A DNA stretch of 44,335 bases from NCBI GenBank assembly GCA_036171535.1, contig JAVHRG010000177.1:1-44335 (forward strand), read 5' to 3'. Position numbers and translations under genes: made by a program. Of the stretch, positions 9,364 through 19,090 are shown one piece after another. How positions within the stretch are numbered: position 1 is the first letter of the stretch; each line of letters begins with the position of its first letter. The DNA is from Sulfurospirillum sp. (lineage in GTDB: Bacteria; Campylobacterota; Campylobacteria; Campylobacterales; Sulfurospirillaceae). Below the pieces are notes generated by a model. The model was not told the origin of the DNA, searched no databases, and worked only from the letters and a program-made list of their open reading frames with translations.

Positions 9364-10209
9364 ATGGCTAAAATAATCGTTACTGCTGATCAAAAAGGTG
9401 GTGTTGGAAAAAGTACCACTTCTAATTTTATTGCATATGAACTTGCACTAAATAAGGGGAGGGTACTACTAATAGATTGGGACTCACAAGCATCTCAAAC
9501 TAACTCATTCTTTGGTTTGAAGGATGTTGACTATGCAGGCTCTAATCAAAGTAATATTTCCAATATGTTTAAAAATAAGCCTATTTTACCTATAAAAATA
9601 TCTGACAGTTCAAATAAGGTTTCATTTGATTTTATTCCATCAAATGAAGAACTTCTTGAAACCATTGAAGGTGACTCTATGCCTTATGATAAAAAACTTC
9701 TTGTTTTAACGAAATATATTCAATCTATTGAAATAAATTATGATTATATATTAGTTGACTGTCCTCCATCTTTCGGAATTTTGACAAAGTCTGCATTATT
9801 AGTAGCAGATATACTATTGGTGCCCATAGCTACAAAAAGCGTTGATGAGGATGGTGTAAAAAGATTTTTTCAAAAAGCAAACACTCTTTATCAAACTCTT
9901 GAAAATCGACTAAAAAATATTTTTGTTTTACCAACACTTTATGATAGTAGAATGAATAATGCAAAAGAAATGCTTGCAATAATCCGCTTTTTGCCTCGCT
10001 ACCTTACTAATGGCAATTTAGGATTTTTAAAAAGTATTCCTGTTGAAGTGCTAGATGCGATACCTTATAAAGTAGAAATTCTTGAAGCTCCTGGACAAAG
10101 AATGTTTTTAAAGGAATATGTTAACACATATATTGCAACAACTCAGTCTAAGTCAATTAATTCAATTATCACTATTTTAGAAATTATAACAACCAAAATA
10201 ATAAAATAA
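9364..10209 (+). CDS. parA: ParA/Soj partition ATPase
   Basis: Deviant Walker A QKGGVGKST, LLIDWDSQ, ILVDCPP. Confidence 0.93.
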   Translation: MAKIIVTADQKGGVGKSTTSNFIAYELALNKGRVLLIDWDSQASQTNSFFGLKDVDYAGSNQSNISNMFKNKPILPIKISDSSNKVSFDFIPSNEELLETIEGDSMPYDKKLLVLTKYIQSIEINYDYILVDCPPSFGILTKSALLVADILLVPIATKSVDEDGVKRFFQKANTLYQTLENRLKNIFVLPTLYDSRMNNAKEMLAIIRFLPRYLTNGNLGFLKSIPVEVLDAIPYKVEILEAPGQRMFLKEYVNTYIATTQSKSINSIITILEIITTKIIK

Positions 10210-10211
10210 TA

Positions 10212-10231
10212 TACCCGTTATGTAACGGGTA
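10212..10231. promoter_or_regulatory. parS-like palindrome 3 between parA and parB
   Basis: TACCCGTTATGTAACGGGTA. Confidence 0.8.
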
Positions 10232-10249
10232 ATCAAAAGGATAAATTAA

Positions 10250-11239
10250 ATGGCAAAAAAACCAAGTATTAAATCAAGCATCTTAGATGAAATAAAAGAG
10301 ATTGAAAATGCAGTAACTGCTTCACAAGACAATGCCATACAAAATGTCTCACTTGTTTCGATTGGTGAGATCACAGAGATTGATTTGGGTAATGGTATTT
10401 ATATGCATAACCGCATCACTTATTCTCTGTTGGAAATTAAGGAACTTGCTGGGAATATAAAAGACATTGAACCAAATGGAATTTTAGGCACAGGCTTATT
10501 ACAGCCAATACTTTTAAGAAGAAATGGTTCACATTATGAAAGAATATCTGGATTTAGAAGGATTGAGGCATTTAAAATCAATAATTGCACTGAAATACCA
10601 GCAATCATATTAGATAAAATTAGCGACGCAACAGCCAGATATATGCGGAATTCTGAAAATCTTAAAAGAGAAAACATTAATCCTTACGATGAAATATACA
10701 GCATTATAGAGAACATTGCATTGTCGTTAGATATTTCTTTCAAAGAAACCATTAGTTTTCTAAATAAAATTAAAAATCATAATTCTGGAAAAACATCATT
10801 TTCGGATAGTGATAAAGATATGTATGTTTCAATATCAGAGGCAGTTCGAAATATTTGTAAATATGAAGTTGGAGCGCTTATTGAAAGACTAATTATTTTA
10901 AATATGAATTCACTTATTTTGGAAGCCTTACAAGAGAATGAGCTTAATTATTCTCAAGCCAAAGAGATCAACAAAATCAAAGATGATGAAATTATAAAAA
11001 AACTTTTATATTTTATAAAAAATAAAAGCTCAACTATAACTGAACTTAGAGAGAAAATTCGAGAATTATTACCTGAAAAAAATAAAAATAACGAATCTAT
11101 ATTAAAAAAAGCACTGTCTAAGCCTATATTTCAAGAAAGAGATTATAAAAAGCTAGATTCTGGAAATAAGGCTAGAGCAGATAAATTACTAAAAGAAATA
11201 TATGAATTAAAAATGAAACTAGACGAACTACTTCAATAA
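10250..11239 (+). CDS. parB: ParB partition protein
   Basis: GLLQPILLR, ISGFRR, ENLKRENINP; directly follows parA. Confidence 0.88.
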   Translation: MAKKPSIKSSILDEIKEIENAVTASQDNAIQNVSLVSIGEITEIDLGNGIYMHNRITYSLLEIKELAGNIKDIEPNGILGTGLLQPILLRRNGSHYERISGFRRIEAFKINNCTEIPAIILDKISDATARYMRNSENLKRENINPYDEIYSIIENIALSLDISFKETISFLNKIKNHNSGKTSFSDSDKDMYVSISEAVRNICKYEVGALIERLIILNMNSLILEALQENELNYSQAKEINKIKDDEIIKKLLYFIKNKSSTITELREKIRELLPEKNKNNESILKKALSKPIFQERDYKKLDSGNKARADKLLKEIYELKMKLDELLQ

Positions 11240-11251
11240 AATCAATTTAAC

Positions 11252-11371
11252 AAAGTCCTCATTATAAGAAAATATATAAAATTTCTTATAATGAGTATAT
11301 TTTTCCCAAAATGAGGATAGATTTTTAATAAATTTGATATACTTTTCTCTATATTTCTTAAAATGAGGACT
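11252..11371. repeat. Iteron cluster upstream of rep (autoregulatory/origin)
   Basis: Four copies related to TTTCTTATAATGAGGACT: one inverted (11252) and three direct (about 11282, 11302, 11354). Confidence 0.8.
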
Positions 11372-11372
11372 A

Positions 11373-12404
11373 ATGAGCCCAAACAAACAAAATCCTTCTG
11401 TTGTTTCTGCATTAGAAAAAGCCAAATTACAACATTTTGAATTGTTAAGAAAGAATAATGCGATAACTGATGCAAAAAATGGTGAATTGTCTCTTGGAGC
11501 AATGAAAGCATTAGATGCTATTTTACAAGTATACCAAGATAAACAAGAAACAAAAATGCATTTAGAATTATCTCTTTTAAGAAAGAAACTAGGATTACAA
11601 AACAATAATGCTTATGTAGATAGAATTAAAACGTATTTGATGGAACTCAAACTTCCTTTTGAATTGCGTGACTTTAATGACTCAAAATCTGGGAAAAAAG
11701 TTTCTTGGGCACTTACTTCTTTTTTGCAAGATGTAAAATCATATAAAGAAACTCAACATTTGATTGAAATAAACATTTCTGAGAATTTTTTAGATTATCT
11801 TGTCGAAAAAGCTGGTTATACAAGCATTGATCTTTCCTTATCTAAAAAGTTTAAAACAAAATTTGGATATAAAATTTACGAAATGTATTTACGCTACTAC
11901 TCTTTACCAAATAGAGAAGCCAATGATCTTGGTATTATAAAAAAAGAAATGCGTGAAATGAATGACAAGTTCGGCACTAATTACCAGCATTCTTCAAAAA
12001 TGATGGAAGGCATTACAAGAGGATTAAAAGAAATTTTACAAGTTACTGGTACAGAAATATATTGCTTCTACAACAAAATTTCAAAATGTTTTATTTTTTC
12101 TTGGGAAAAAATAGGAGTTGTTCTTGAAATGAAATCTTTTATACCAACATCAAGAATTGATGAGTTTATTGAATGGGTAATAACTCATTCGAACCAACAA
12201 ATAAAAGACACAAAAAAATATGCTTCTAAGTTAAAAGAAAATTTTCTAAAAAATGAGATGGATGATTGGGAATCGTCTTATAGGGGAATGCTTTTATATA
12301 AATATACTTTTACTTCTGAAGAAATTGATAATATGAAGATGGAAGATGGAAGATATAAAGATTTTTCTTTAAAAGTTCCTCAAAAAAGACTCTTTGAAGA
12401 TTAA
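11373..12404 (+). CDS. Plasmid replication initiator (Rep_3/RepB family)
   Basis: KNNAIT N-terminal motif, YTSIDL...FKTKFGYKIYE motif; flanked by iterons; next to parAB. Confidence 0.82.
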   Translation: MSPNKQNPSVVSALEKAKLQHFELLRKNNAITDAKNGELSLGAMKALDAILQVYQDKQETKMHLELSLLRKKLGLQNNNAYVDRIKTYLMELKLPFELRDFNDSKSGKKVSWALTSFLQDVKSYKETQHLIEINISENFLDYLVEKAGYTSIDLSLSKKFKTKFGYKIYEMYLRYYSLPNREANDLGIIKKEMREMNDKFGTNYQHSSKMMEGITRGLKEILQVTGTEIYCFYNKISKCFIFSWEKIGVVLEMKSFIPTSRIDEFIEWVITHSNQQIKDTKKYASKLKENFLKNEMDDWESSYRGMLLYKYTFTSEEIDNMKMEDGRYKDFSLKVPQKRLFED

Positions 12405-12470
12405 ATAAGACGAGACTTGAAGATTGAAGTAGGGCGGAATAGGCATCTATAAGGGGTTTTAAGCACTTTC

Positions 12471-12770
12471 TTTTCTTACAATGAGGACTTTTTTTCTTAT
12501 AATGAGGATTAATCACTACTTTTTTTGAGGACTTTTTTTCTTGAGTTGAGGATAGATTTCTTTTTTTGAGGACATCAACCTTTTATTTTGAATATTTAAC
12601 TTCTTAACAACAGAAAAATTACTAAAAAAGCACGCATTCAATCAGATTTTGACCATTTTTAGGCATGTTTTTTTAAATAGACATTCTTATTGAAGAGTGA
12701 GATTAAAAAGTCCTCATTATGGGAAAAATATTTATCCTCAGTATAAGAAAAAAAGTCCTCATTATGGGAA
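12471..12770. repeat. Iteron array / probable oriV downstream of rep
   Basis: Five direct TGAGGA(C/T) units at 12471-12575, an AT-rich spacer, then three inverted units (AAGTCCTCATTATGGGAAA type) at 12706-12770. Confidence 0.8.
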
Positions 12771-12912
12771 ATTTAGAAGTTCATTTATACTACAAAGGAT
12801 ATAAACTTTATATCAAATTTATTTTTACCGTTTACGAAGCAAAAATTGCCGAGAAAGAAAGCATAAAAACAAAAAAATAGTTGCATTTTATTTCAATATT
12901 TACTATTTTCCG

Positions 12913-12921
12913 TGCTATAAT
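12913..12921 (+). promoter_or_regulatory. Extended -10 promoter candidate heading the long + strand array
   Basis: TGCTATAAT (TGnTATAAT) with AT-rich upstream sequence. Confidence 0.5.
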
Positions 12922-13482
12922 TTCATTTTAAATTCTATGATACGATTTGGTATGAAGTCGTTCTCTTGACACATGATCAAGGAAAATATGAGGCCATCGC
13001 CCGTTTTCAGCCATACCAGCTGTTAAGAAGTGAATAACAAATAAAGCCTACGACAAAGTTCGTAATGTTTTTACTCTAAGTAGTAAAAACTAGGCTATCT
13101 ACGAAACGCTATTGCCAAAGTGTAATAAGCCTACAATACATGCATATCTAAATTCAATACACTAAACTCGAAAATACGCATCTAAGTATGAAAAATTTTG
13201 CATAGGTATGTGTATTGATTTTTTCAAAATGAATTCACCCACAGTTAAAATACAATCAAGTAGGGTGAGTTTTGTCTAAAAAATATAGTGCTATTATAAT
13301 TCACTTATTACTTTATGGCTTCGTTAAGCCGATGCGGGAGGAATCTCGAATAGTCGGCTTACAAGCCATACTTCTATTCGTATTTACCCTTATATCGGTT
13401 TAGTGAAACCATTAACGTTGGTTTGACAACCAGGCAAATATACACTCGTCATATTGTGTGTAGAGGCTTAAAAGGAGTAGAT

Positions 13483-14739
13483 ATGACACCACAAGAACTC
13501 AAAAAGCTAGGCTCTGTAAATGCGGTGTATCACCAAATATCAGAAGTACCTAGCTATAAACCAGTTTGGAAGCATAGAGCTTCCTCAACCTCGTCTTTCA
13601 TGGCAAACCCTTTACATTATGTTTTGTGTCAAGGGCTGGATGTTCACTATGGAGCAAATGACAGAACGATCATCGGACATGCGGTGCATGCAGGTGTAGA
13701 TTATGGGTATTGCAACCAAGGTAAGCGTTTAGGTCTATGCATTCGTGTAATACTAAAAGCCATCCAAGATGAATTCACGCTTTTGAGTGAAGAATTTAAT
13801 GGAAAAGTAACCTTAAGGGCTTTGCGCCAAGAAGCGATTCGTGTTTTCAAACCATACTTCAAAGAGGTAATGCCTCACATGAAAGTGCTGGAAAGCGAAC
13901 GATACTTGGAAATCGATGTTCCAGAAGGTATGTATAAAAATCCTTCCAATTTTGGAAAGGTTAAACTTACAGGGACATTTGATAGGCTCTATGAGATTAA
14001 TGGTGAACGCGTTATTGGTGATTTAAAAACCTCCGCAAAAACGATTTCTGGTACGATTGACAAATCAAAAGCACTGCAAAATTATGAAGCTGAGTCTGGC
14101 AGTACGGAGTTTGAACTAAAATCACTTGAAAAAGTCATTTCAAAATTCGCTAATGCTAGAGTTAAGCTTTTAGAATTTAACGTGAGGCTCAAAGAGATTA
14201 CAAAAGCGATAGAAGATGCGTTTGACACTCATAAAGCCACAAGGTCTCTTGAAAATAAAAGAGAAAAACTTTTAGTTGAAATCGGCAAATGGCAAGAGCA
14301 ATATCAAATGCTAGCAGAAGCAGAAACTAAAAAAGTTCTTTTGGTTGAAAAACTAACAGCGCTAAACGAGCAATATCAATCCACGAAAGAAGCCTATGAG
14401 ATTCAAAAAGCTCAAGCAGATTTAGAGGAGTGTAAAAAAGCTCACAGTTTTCAAGTAGCCTTGTATTCACTCATGTATATGATTGTGACAGGTAACGAGG
14501 TCAAAAAGGTACGGTTGGAAAATATTGTTAAAAATAAAACCATCAAAATCCAAATCTTTGAGTGGGAGTTAAATCAAGCAACCATGGAGCGCGCGGAAGA
14601 AGCGATTCAATTCGTGGTATCCACCATTGAAGCGTTTTATGACGGTGTCGATCCAAGAGTGTTATTTAGACCGAATCCATATTCTTATTTTGGGGAGGAA
14701 ACCAATAAAATAATGAGTTATTTTTGGAGTAAAACATAA
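13483..14739 (+). CDS. PD-(D/E)XK exonuclease (RecE/RecB-like) with internal coiled coil
   Basis: GHAVH, ESE, GTFDRL, DLKT, QVALY motifs; AAGGAG RBS before ATG 13483; lies upstream of recT. Confidence 0.8.
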   Translation: MTPQELKKLGSVNAVYHQISEVPSYKPVWKHRASSTSSFMANPLHYVLCQGLDVHYGANDRTIIGHAVHAGVDYGYCNQGKRLGLCIRVILKAIQDEFTLLSEEFNGKVTLRALRQEAIRVFKPYFKEVMPHMKVLESERYLEIDVPEGMYKNPSNFGKVKLTGTFDRLYEINGERVIGDLKTSAKTISGTIDKSKALQNYEAESGSTEFELKSLEKVISKFANARVKLLEFNVRLKEITKAIEDAFDTHKATRSLENKREKLLVEIGKWQEQYQMLAEAETKKVLLVEKLTALNEQYQSTKEAYEIQKAQADLEECKKAHSFQVALYSLMYMIVTGNEVKKVRLENIVKNKTIKIQIFEWELNQATMERAEEAIQFVVSTIEAFYDGVDPRVLFRPNPYSYFGEETNKIMSYFWSKT

Positions 14740-14846
14740 AAAGCTTGTTGACAGCATTGTTCACGTAAAAACGTAATGGGCAATGTTCTCATACAAGCGT
14801 ATTACAAAATAATAATGCAATAACGATTAAATTTTTCTTAATGTTG

Positions 14847-14878
14847 CCTTGTGGGTAAAGTAAAGTGCCCATAAGGGG
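14847..14878 (+). repeat. Leader hairpin family copy 1 (before recT)
   Basis: CCTTGTGGGTA...TGCCCATAAGG stem. Confidence 0.55.
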
Positions 14879-14949
14879 AGTACTCTGCTTTGTTCAATGA
14901 GGCTTAAATTGAGGTTTAGCCAGCCATTCAAAAAAACAAAGGAGATAAA

Positions 14950-15879
14950 ATGAGCACACTGACCACTACAGCAAGAAATGCCGTACAAAATGGGGTTTCA
15001 ACACAACAAACAGCTTCTTCCATCACTACCATTTGCACCAGTATTGACAAAATGCTTCCCCAGATTGCCAAAGTATTACCAAAGCATCTATCCCCAGAAA
15101 GAGTGTCTCGTATCGCGATGACAACCATCCAAAAAAATCCAAAGCTTGCAGAGTGTGATGTTAAATCACTCTTAGGTGCTGTTATGGCAGCTAGTCAAGT
15201 GGGTTTGGAGGTCGATGATATTTTAGGCCAAGCCTATTTGGTACCTTTTTGGGACAGTAAAAATCGTCGATTTGCAGCACAGCTTCAAATTGGTTATAAG
15301 GGCTTTTTAGACCTTGCGCGCCGATCAGGCCAAGTGATCAATATTGTCAGCCAAGTGGTGTATGAAAATGATGACTTTGAATTTGAATATGGATTTGACG
15401 AAACGCTAAAACACAAACCCGCAACCAGGAATAGAGGTACATGCTTGTATGTGTATGCCTATGCTAATCTTAAAGATGGAGGGCGAGTGTTTGAAGTGTT
15501 AACGATGGAGGATGTTGAAAAAGCAAGAATGTCCTCACAGAGCCAAAAAGATTTTAATACGAAGCAAATATCAAAAACACCGATAGGTATTTGGGCGGAA
15601 CATTATGAGTCAATGGCGCGAAAAACGGCAATTAGGCGCTTGGCTAAATACCTACCACTCTCAGTCGAGATGCTCCGTGCCACTTCGTTGGATGAGCTAA
15701 GCGATGGGGGTAAAAAAGTAGACTATTCTGCATTGGTGGAAGGCAATGAAATTACCATTGAAGCGATTGCTGTAGAAGATGAGATTCTAGAATACAATGA
15801 ACAAACAGGTGAGCTTGTAAGCACGAGCGGGGAAACCAACGAAGCTCTCAATAACCCTGTTCAGGAATCTCTGATATAG
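14950..15879 (+). CDS. recT: RecT-family single-strand annealing recombinase
   Basis: LPKHLSPER, LGQAYLVPF, QIGYKG, VYENDDF, MARKTAIRRLAKYLPLS. Confidence 0.95.
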   Translation: MSTLTTTARNAVQNGVSTQQTASSITTICTSIDKMLPQIAKVLPKHLSPERVSRIAMTTIQKNPKLAECDVKSLLGAVMAASQVGLEVDDILGQAYLVPFWDSKNRRFAAQLQIGYKGFLDLARRSGQVINIVSQVVYENDDFEFEYGFDETLKHKPATRNRGTCLYVYAYANLKDGGRVFEVLTMEDVEKARMSSQSQKDFNTKQISKTPIGIWAEHYESMARKTAIRRLAKYLPLSVEMLRATSLDELSDGGKKVDYSALVEGNEITIEAIAVEDEILEYNEQTGELVSTSGETNEALNNPVQESLI

Positions 15880-16015
15880 AAATAACACGAATGCCTTTGC
15901 TCATATCTTAAGCCCTGGTGCTTGAGGATGCTTATGGCATTTCCCCCATACTGTAACGGTACTTTTTTTAGCCTCAATTACATTTTGAGGGGTTTTTACT
16001 TTCAAAAATATGTTT

Positions 16016-16060
16016 CTCCCATAGGGAGTTTGTACTTAAGCGGTACCTACTCCTTTGGGG
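16016..16060 (+). repeat. Leader hairpin family copy 2 (before ssb)
   Basis: CTCCCATAGGGAGT...ACTCCTTTGGGG. Confidence 0.7.
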
Positions 16061-16089
16061 TAGAGTAGGGCTTATCTTAGGAGGATACT

Positions 16090-16560
16090 ATGTTTAATAG
16101 AATAATCATGCTTGGCAATATAACACGTGAGTGTGAGCTGCGCTATTTACAAAACGGCGGTGCCTTATGTACAACGGGATTGGCAACCAATCGACGCTAT
16201 AAAAAGCAAGATGGTTCTCCATCAGAAGATGTCTGCTTTATCGATATCACATTTTTTGGCAGAACGGCAGAAATTGCAAACCAATATCTCAGCCGTGGCA
16301 AAAAAGTGCTTGTCGAAGGACGCCTAAAACTTGAGCAATGGACAGACCAAAACGGCGTAAAGCGGAGCAAACATTCAATCACTATAGAAACACTGCAGAT
16401 GATGGAAGGAAAAGCAGAGGGAGGAGGGCAAAAAGAGGATGCGTATGCGACCTCCGCCCAAGAGCCTTCAGCACCAGGGGTAGATGTCCCCATTTTAGAT
16501 AAAAGAGATCAGACGCATAGGGCTATTATGGACCTAAACGATGACGAAATACCGTTTTAA
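16090..16560 (+). CDS. ssb: Single-stranded DNA-binding protein
   Basis: [21 protein letters not shown], acidic tail DDEIPF. Confidence 0.96.
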   Translation: MFNRIIMLGNITRECELRYLQNGGALCTTGLATNRRYKKQDGSPSEDVCFIDITFFGRTAEIANQYLSRGKKVLVEGRLKLEQWTDQNGVKRSKHSITIETLQMMEGKAEGGGQKEDAYATSAQEPSAPGVDVPILDKRDQTHRAIMDLNDDEIPF

Positions 16561-16620
16561 CCGAGAATTCCTTCAAACAAAAGGCTAAGGAAAACCATTA
16601 GGTTGCTCATAGGAGCTTCA

Positions 16621-16649
16621 CCCATAGGGGATAGATTATCCCCTATGGG
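16621..16649 (+). repeat. Leader hairpin family copy 3
   Basis: CCCATAGGGGATA-GAT-TATCCCCTATGGG, perfect 13-bp stem. Confidence 0.8.
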
Positions 16650-16692
16650 ATAGTCCTGTCCTCTTTTAAGATGTCTTATGGAGGACAAAACA

Positions 16693-16854
16693 ATGAGAGG
16701 TTTAGTGGCAATTATAGTAATGATCGTAGGTCTTTATGGAATAGGTTTTTTGGAAGCTCTTGAAGCAACGGATACGCTCAAAATACAACTACAAGATAAA
16801 AGTTTTACTGAGGCCAATAGGCTTTTAGCAAAACGACTAGAGGCTCACCAATGA
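16693..16854 (+). CDS. 53-aa small membrane/secreted protein
   Basis: Manual translation MRGLVAIIVMIVGLYGIGFLEALE...; GGAGG RBS; stop overlaps the next ATG (ATGA). Confidence 0.7.
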   Translation: MRGLVAIIVMIVGLYGIGFLEALEATDTLKIQLQDKSFTEANRLLAKRLEAHQ

Positions 16855-17039
16855 CTTCAATATGCCATAAGTTTAACAAGAAATGGAAATGTTTTAGTGT
16901 TCTTTTGATGAATTACCACACAAAAGAGACCCAGATTATTGATGTTTTTGCTTTAAATGCAGGACAAGCAGGGTTTTTAGCCATGCGACAATCGTATCTT
17001 ATGCCCGTAGGTGTAGAAAAGGTTACAGAAAAACAATGA
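16851..17039 (+). CDS. Hypothetical protein (62 aa)
   Basis: Translationally coupled between the small ORF and the primase. Confidence 0.6.
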   Translation: MTSICHKFNKKWKCFSVLLMNYHTKETQIIDVFALNAGQAGFLAMRQSYLMPVGVEKVTEKQ

Positions 17040-17052
17040 AAGGAGGCAAGAG

Positions 17053-18087
17053 ATGAGTATTAAGGCGAGCAGAGAAGCTGTGGCTTGCGCACTTTTAAGC
17101 TGTGGTTATCGAATCAACCGTGCGTGGAAGTTTTGCGCGAGGGATGAAAGAACCCCTTCAGCAACGATATTTAACGATGGAATGATTCATGACTTTGGAG
17201 ACGGTTTTCACGGCGATCTTGCCGACTTTTTGGAGCAATTCAAAAACATGCAAAAAGGGGAGGCGCTCAAAGAGGCCAGACGGCTTCTAGGTCTCCCTAT
17301 AACAATGAATTTCTCAGATTATGAGAAGCCGATTGAGAAAAAGTCAGGTTTTATCAGTGAAGAGTTTATTACGGCATTTGAGGTTGAGCGAAAAGGTAAC
17401 TTTAATAGGTATCTTGAGCTTTTAGACCAAGCAATGCCAGCATTGACTCGGCCACAACAAAAAATCATTGCACAAAAGTACAACATAGGGTACAGCAAAC
17501 AAGCTGACCGCCTCATTATGCCCATCAGGGACGAGGAGGGCAGATGCGTTACTCTTTGGAAATACAACAAATACCCTAAAAGCTATGTCGACAAAGATGG
17601 CAAAGAGGTTAAACCTTCAAAAGTCACCTTTACCAAAGGCAGAGAAAGAGTGCCGTTTAATCTTGTTGACTTAAAAAAGTATCGCAAAGATATGAATGGT
17701 TGGGTGTTCTTGTGTGAAGGTGAAAAAGATACGCTTAATGCTCTTGGAAGAGGGTATAGAGCTGTAACTTTGGGTGGAGCTGGTGAACGCATTGCAGAAA
17801 AAGACTTACATCTTTTTGAAGGCTTAAAAATTGTCATAGTTTATGACCATGATGAGGCTGGACATATAGGTGTCAATGGCTATATAAACACACACGGAGA
17901 ATATAAGACGGGCGTGTTGGATCAACTGCAAAAAGTGGTCAAAGAAGTAAAGGTATGGGATTGGGAGCTTTTGGTTTTACAAGAACAGCTTGAACTTTAT
18001 AAAGGGTACGATTTTACGGATTGGTTGTGCACCAAAGCCATACAAGGAGAATATATTCAAAAGGAAAACGTGTTAAAGAGGAATTAA
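17053..18087 (+). CDS. Toprim-domain primase-like protein
   Basis: ERTPSA N-terminal module, RLIMPIRD, LCEGEKD, YDHDEAG, GYDFTDW; AGGAGG RBS. Confidence 0.85.
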   Translation: MSIKASREAVACALLSCGYRINRAWKFCARDERTPSATIFNDGMIHDFGDGFHGDLADFLEQFKNMQKGEALKEARRLLGLPITMNFSDYEKPIEKKSGFISEEFITAFEVERKGNFNRYLELLDQAMPALTRPQQKIIAQKYNIGYSKQADRLIMPIRDEEGRCVTLWKYNKYPKSYVDKDGKEVKPSKVTFTKGRERVPFNLVDLKKYRKDMNGWVFLCEGEKDTLNALGRGYRAVTLGGAGERIAEKDLHLFEGLKIVIVYDHDEAGHIGVNGYINTHGEYKTGVLDQLQKVVKEVKVWDWELLVLQEQLELYKGYDFTDWLCTKAIQGEYIQKENVLKRN

Positions 18088-18116
18088 ATAAATCTGTACG
18101 ATTCTTTTTCTCTGAA

Positions 18117-18311
18117 ATGTTGGACGTAAAAAATAGTTACGAATCATTATCTATAGTAGAAAAAGCAGAATTTGGAAAGATCATATCGTTTGGATTGTTT
18201 GTGAATGGAGCTTACGGACTCTTGCATGGAAACATTTTTGATTTCCCCGTCGTTTTCGTATCGGTGCATGCTATAATGAAAGCAATAAAACTCGAAAAGG
18301 AGAGTAGATGA
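18117..18311 (+). CDS. Hypothetical small membrane protein (start uncertain)
   Basis: 3' part of ORF 18021-18311, hydrophobic; stop coupled to the next ATG. Confidence 0.4.
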   Translation: MLDVKNSYESLSIVEKAEFGKIISFGLFVNGAYGLLHGNIFDFPVVFVSVHAIMKAIKLEKESR

Positions 18312-18415
18312 TTAGTTCGCTGATATCTTTAGCCGTAGCGCTAGGCGTTGCCTATTACATTTTTCTCTTATCGGAAAAAAATAAAGCTTCTAGTAAACAC
18401 CACACGCACCATTAA
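18308..18415 (+). CDS. 35-aa membrane microprotein with His-rich tail
   Basis: Manual translation MISSLISLAVALGVAYYIFLLSEKNKASSKHHTHH; AAGGAG RBS. Confidence 0.6.
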   Translation: MISSLISLAVALGVAYYIFLLSEKNKASSKHHTHH

Positions 18416-18481
18416 GCAAAATCCCTTCAATATAGTATTGTTCAATATAACACCGATTAAGTTCGTAGGATATTTTACATG

Positions 18482-18667
18482 CTAAAAAAACTTTCTCAGA
18501 AGATTTTGAACAAACACACTCGCCTTAAATGCTTCATAGACACATGAGAGTATTCCCAAAAAGACTAAAAATGTTGAAAACACGACGTCTTGGGAGCTAT
18601 CGCTTTGAAAGAGCATAAGGGCAGTTACGATCAAGAAAATGCCAAGAATGTAGCCATTAGGAAACAT
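18482..18667 (-). CDS. Small two-TM membrane protein (only minus-strand gene in the array)
   Basis: MFPNGYILGIFLIVTALMLF...; GGAG upstream on the minus strand. Confidence 0.5.
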   Translation of the reverse strand: MFPNGYILGIFLIVTALMLFQSDSSQDVVFSTFLVFLGILSCVYEAFKASVFVQNLLRKFF

Positions 18668-18780
18668 AGGGGTGTTTTCTCCACAGTTAATTTTTAAAAG
18701 TATACCCAAGGTGGGAGCAAGAATCTTCCACTTTGGGAGAATTTTGCTCAAATTTAACCCTTTGGGCAAAAGGATACAGT

Positions 18781-19029
18781 ATGGTACTTACAACACGAGA
18801 AACCACGAAAGTTCTCTTTTGGTCAGTGGCGATGCCAATTTCAATGGCTGTTTTAGTCGGCCTTACAATGGGAGCACCTTATTCTAGTCTATCGGGAATG
18901 CTCTTGCTGCTGGTTGTTGCACAGATTTACCGCGAGCTTGATGCCCCTAAATACGAGGTATTCAAACGATATGCGTCAATGATGTTTTTTCTTTTTGCTA
19001 TGGCGTTAGCAGGCTGGGCAGATCGATGA
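18781..19029 (+). CDS. Small multi-TM membrane protein
   Basis: AAGGA RBS then MVLTTRETT; three hydrophobic stretches. Confidence 0.65.
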   Translation: MVLTTRETTKVLFWSVAMPISMAVLVGLTMGAPYSSLSGMLLLLVVAQIYRELDAPKYEVFKRYASMMFFLFAMALAGWADR

Positions 19030-19090
19030 AACCTCTTAGCGCATTGAGCAGCGGAACAATCGTTATTAAACCATTTAAGAAGGCACAAAA

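Noticed and set aside
14758-14772. TGTTCACGTAAAAAC as chromosomal-type parS
   Set aside because: Poor match to the consensus and better explained as part of a hairpin.
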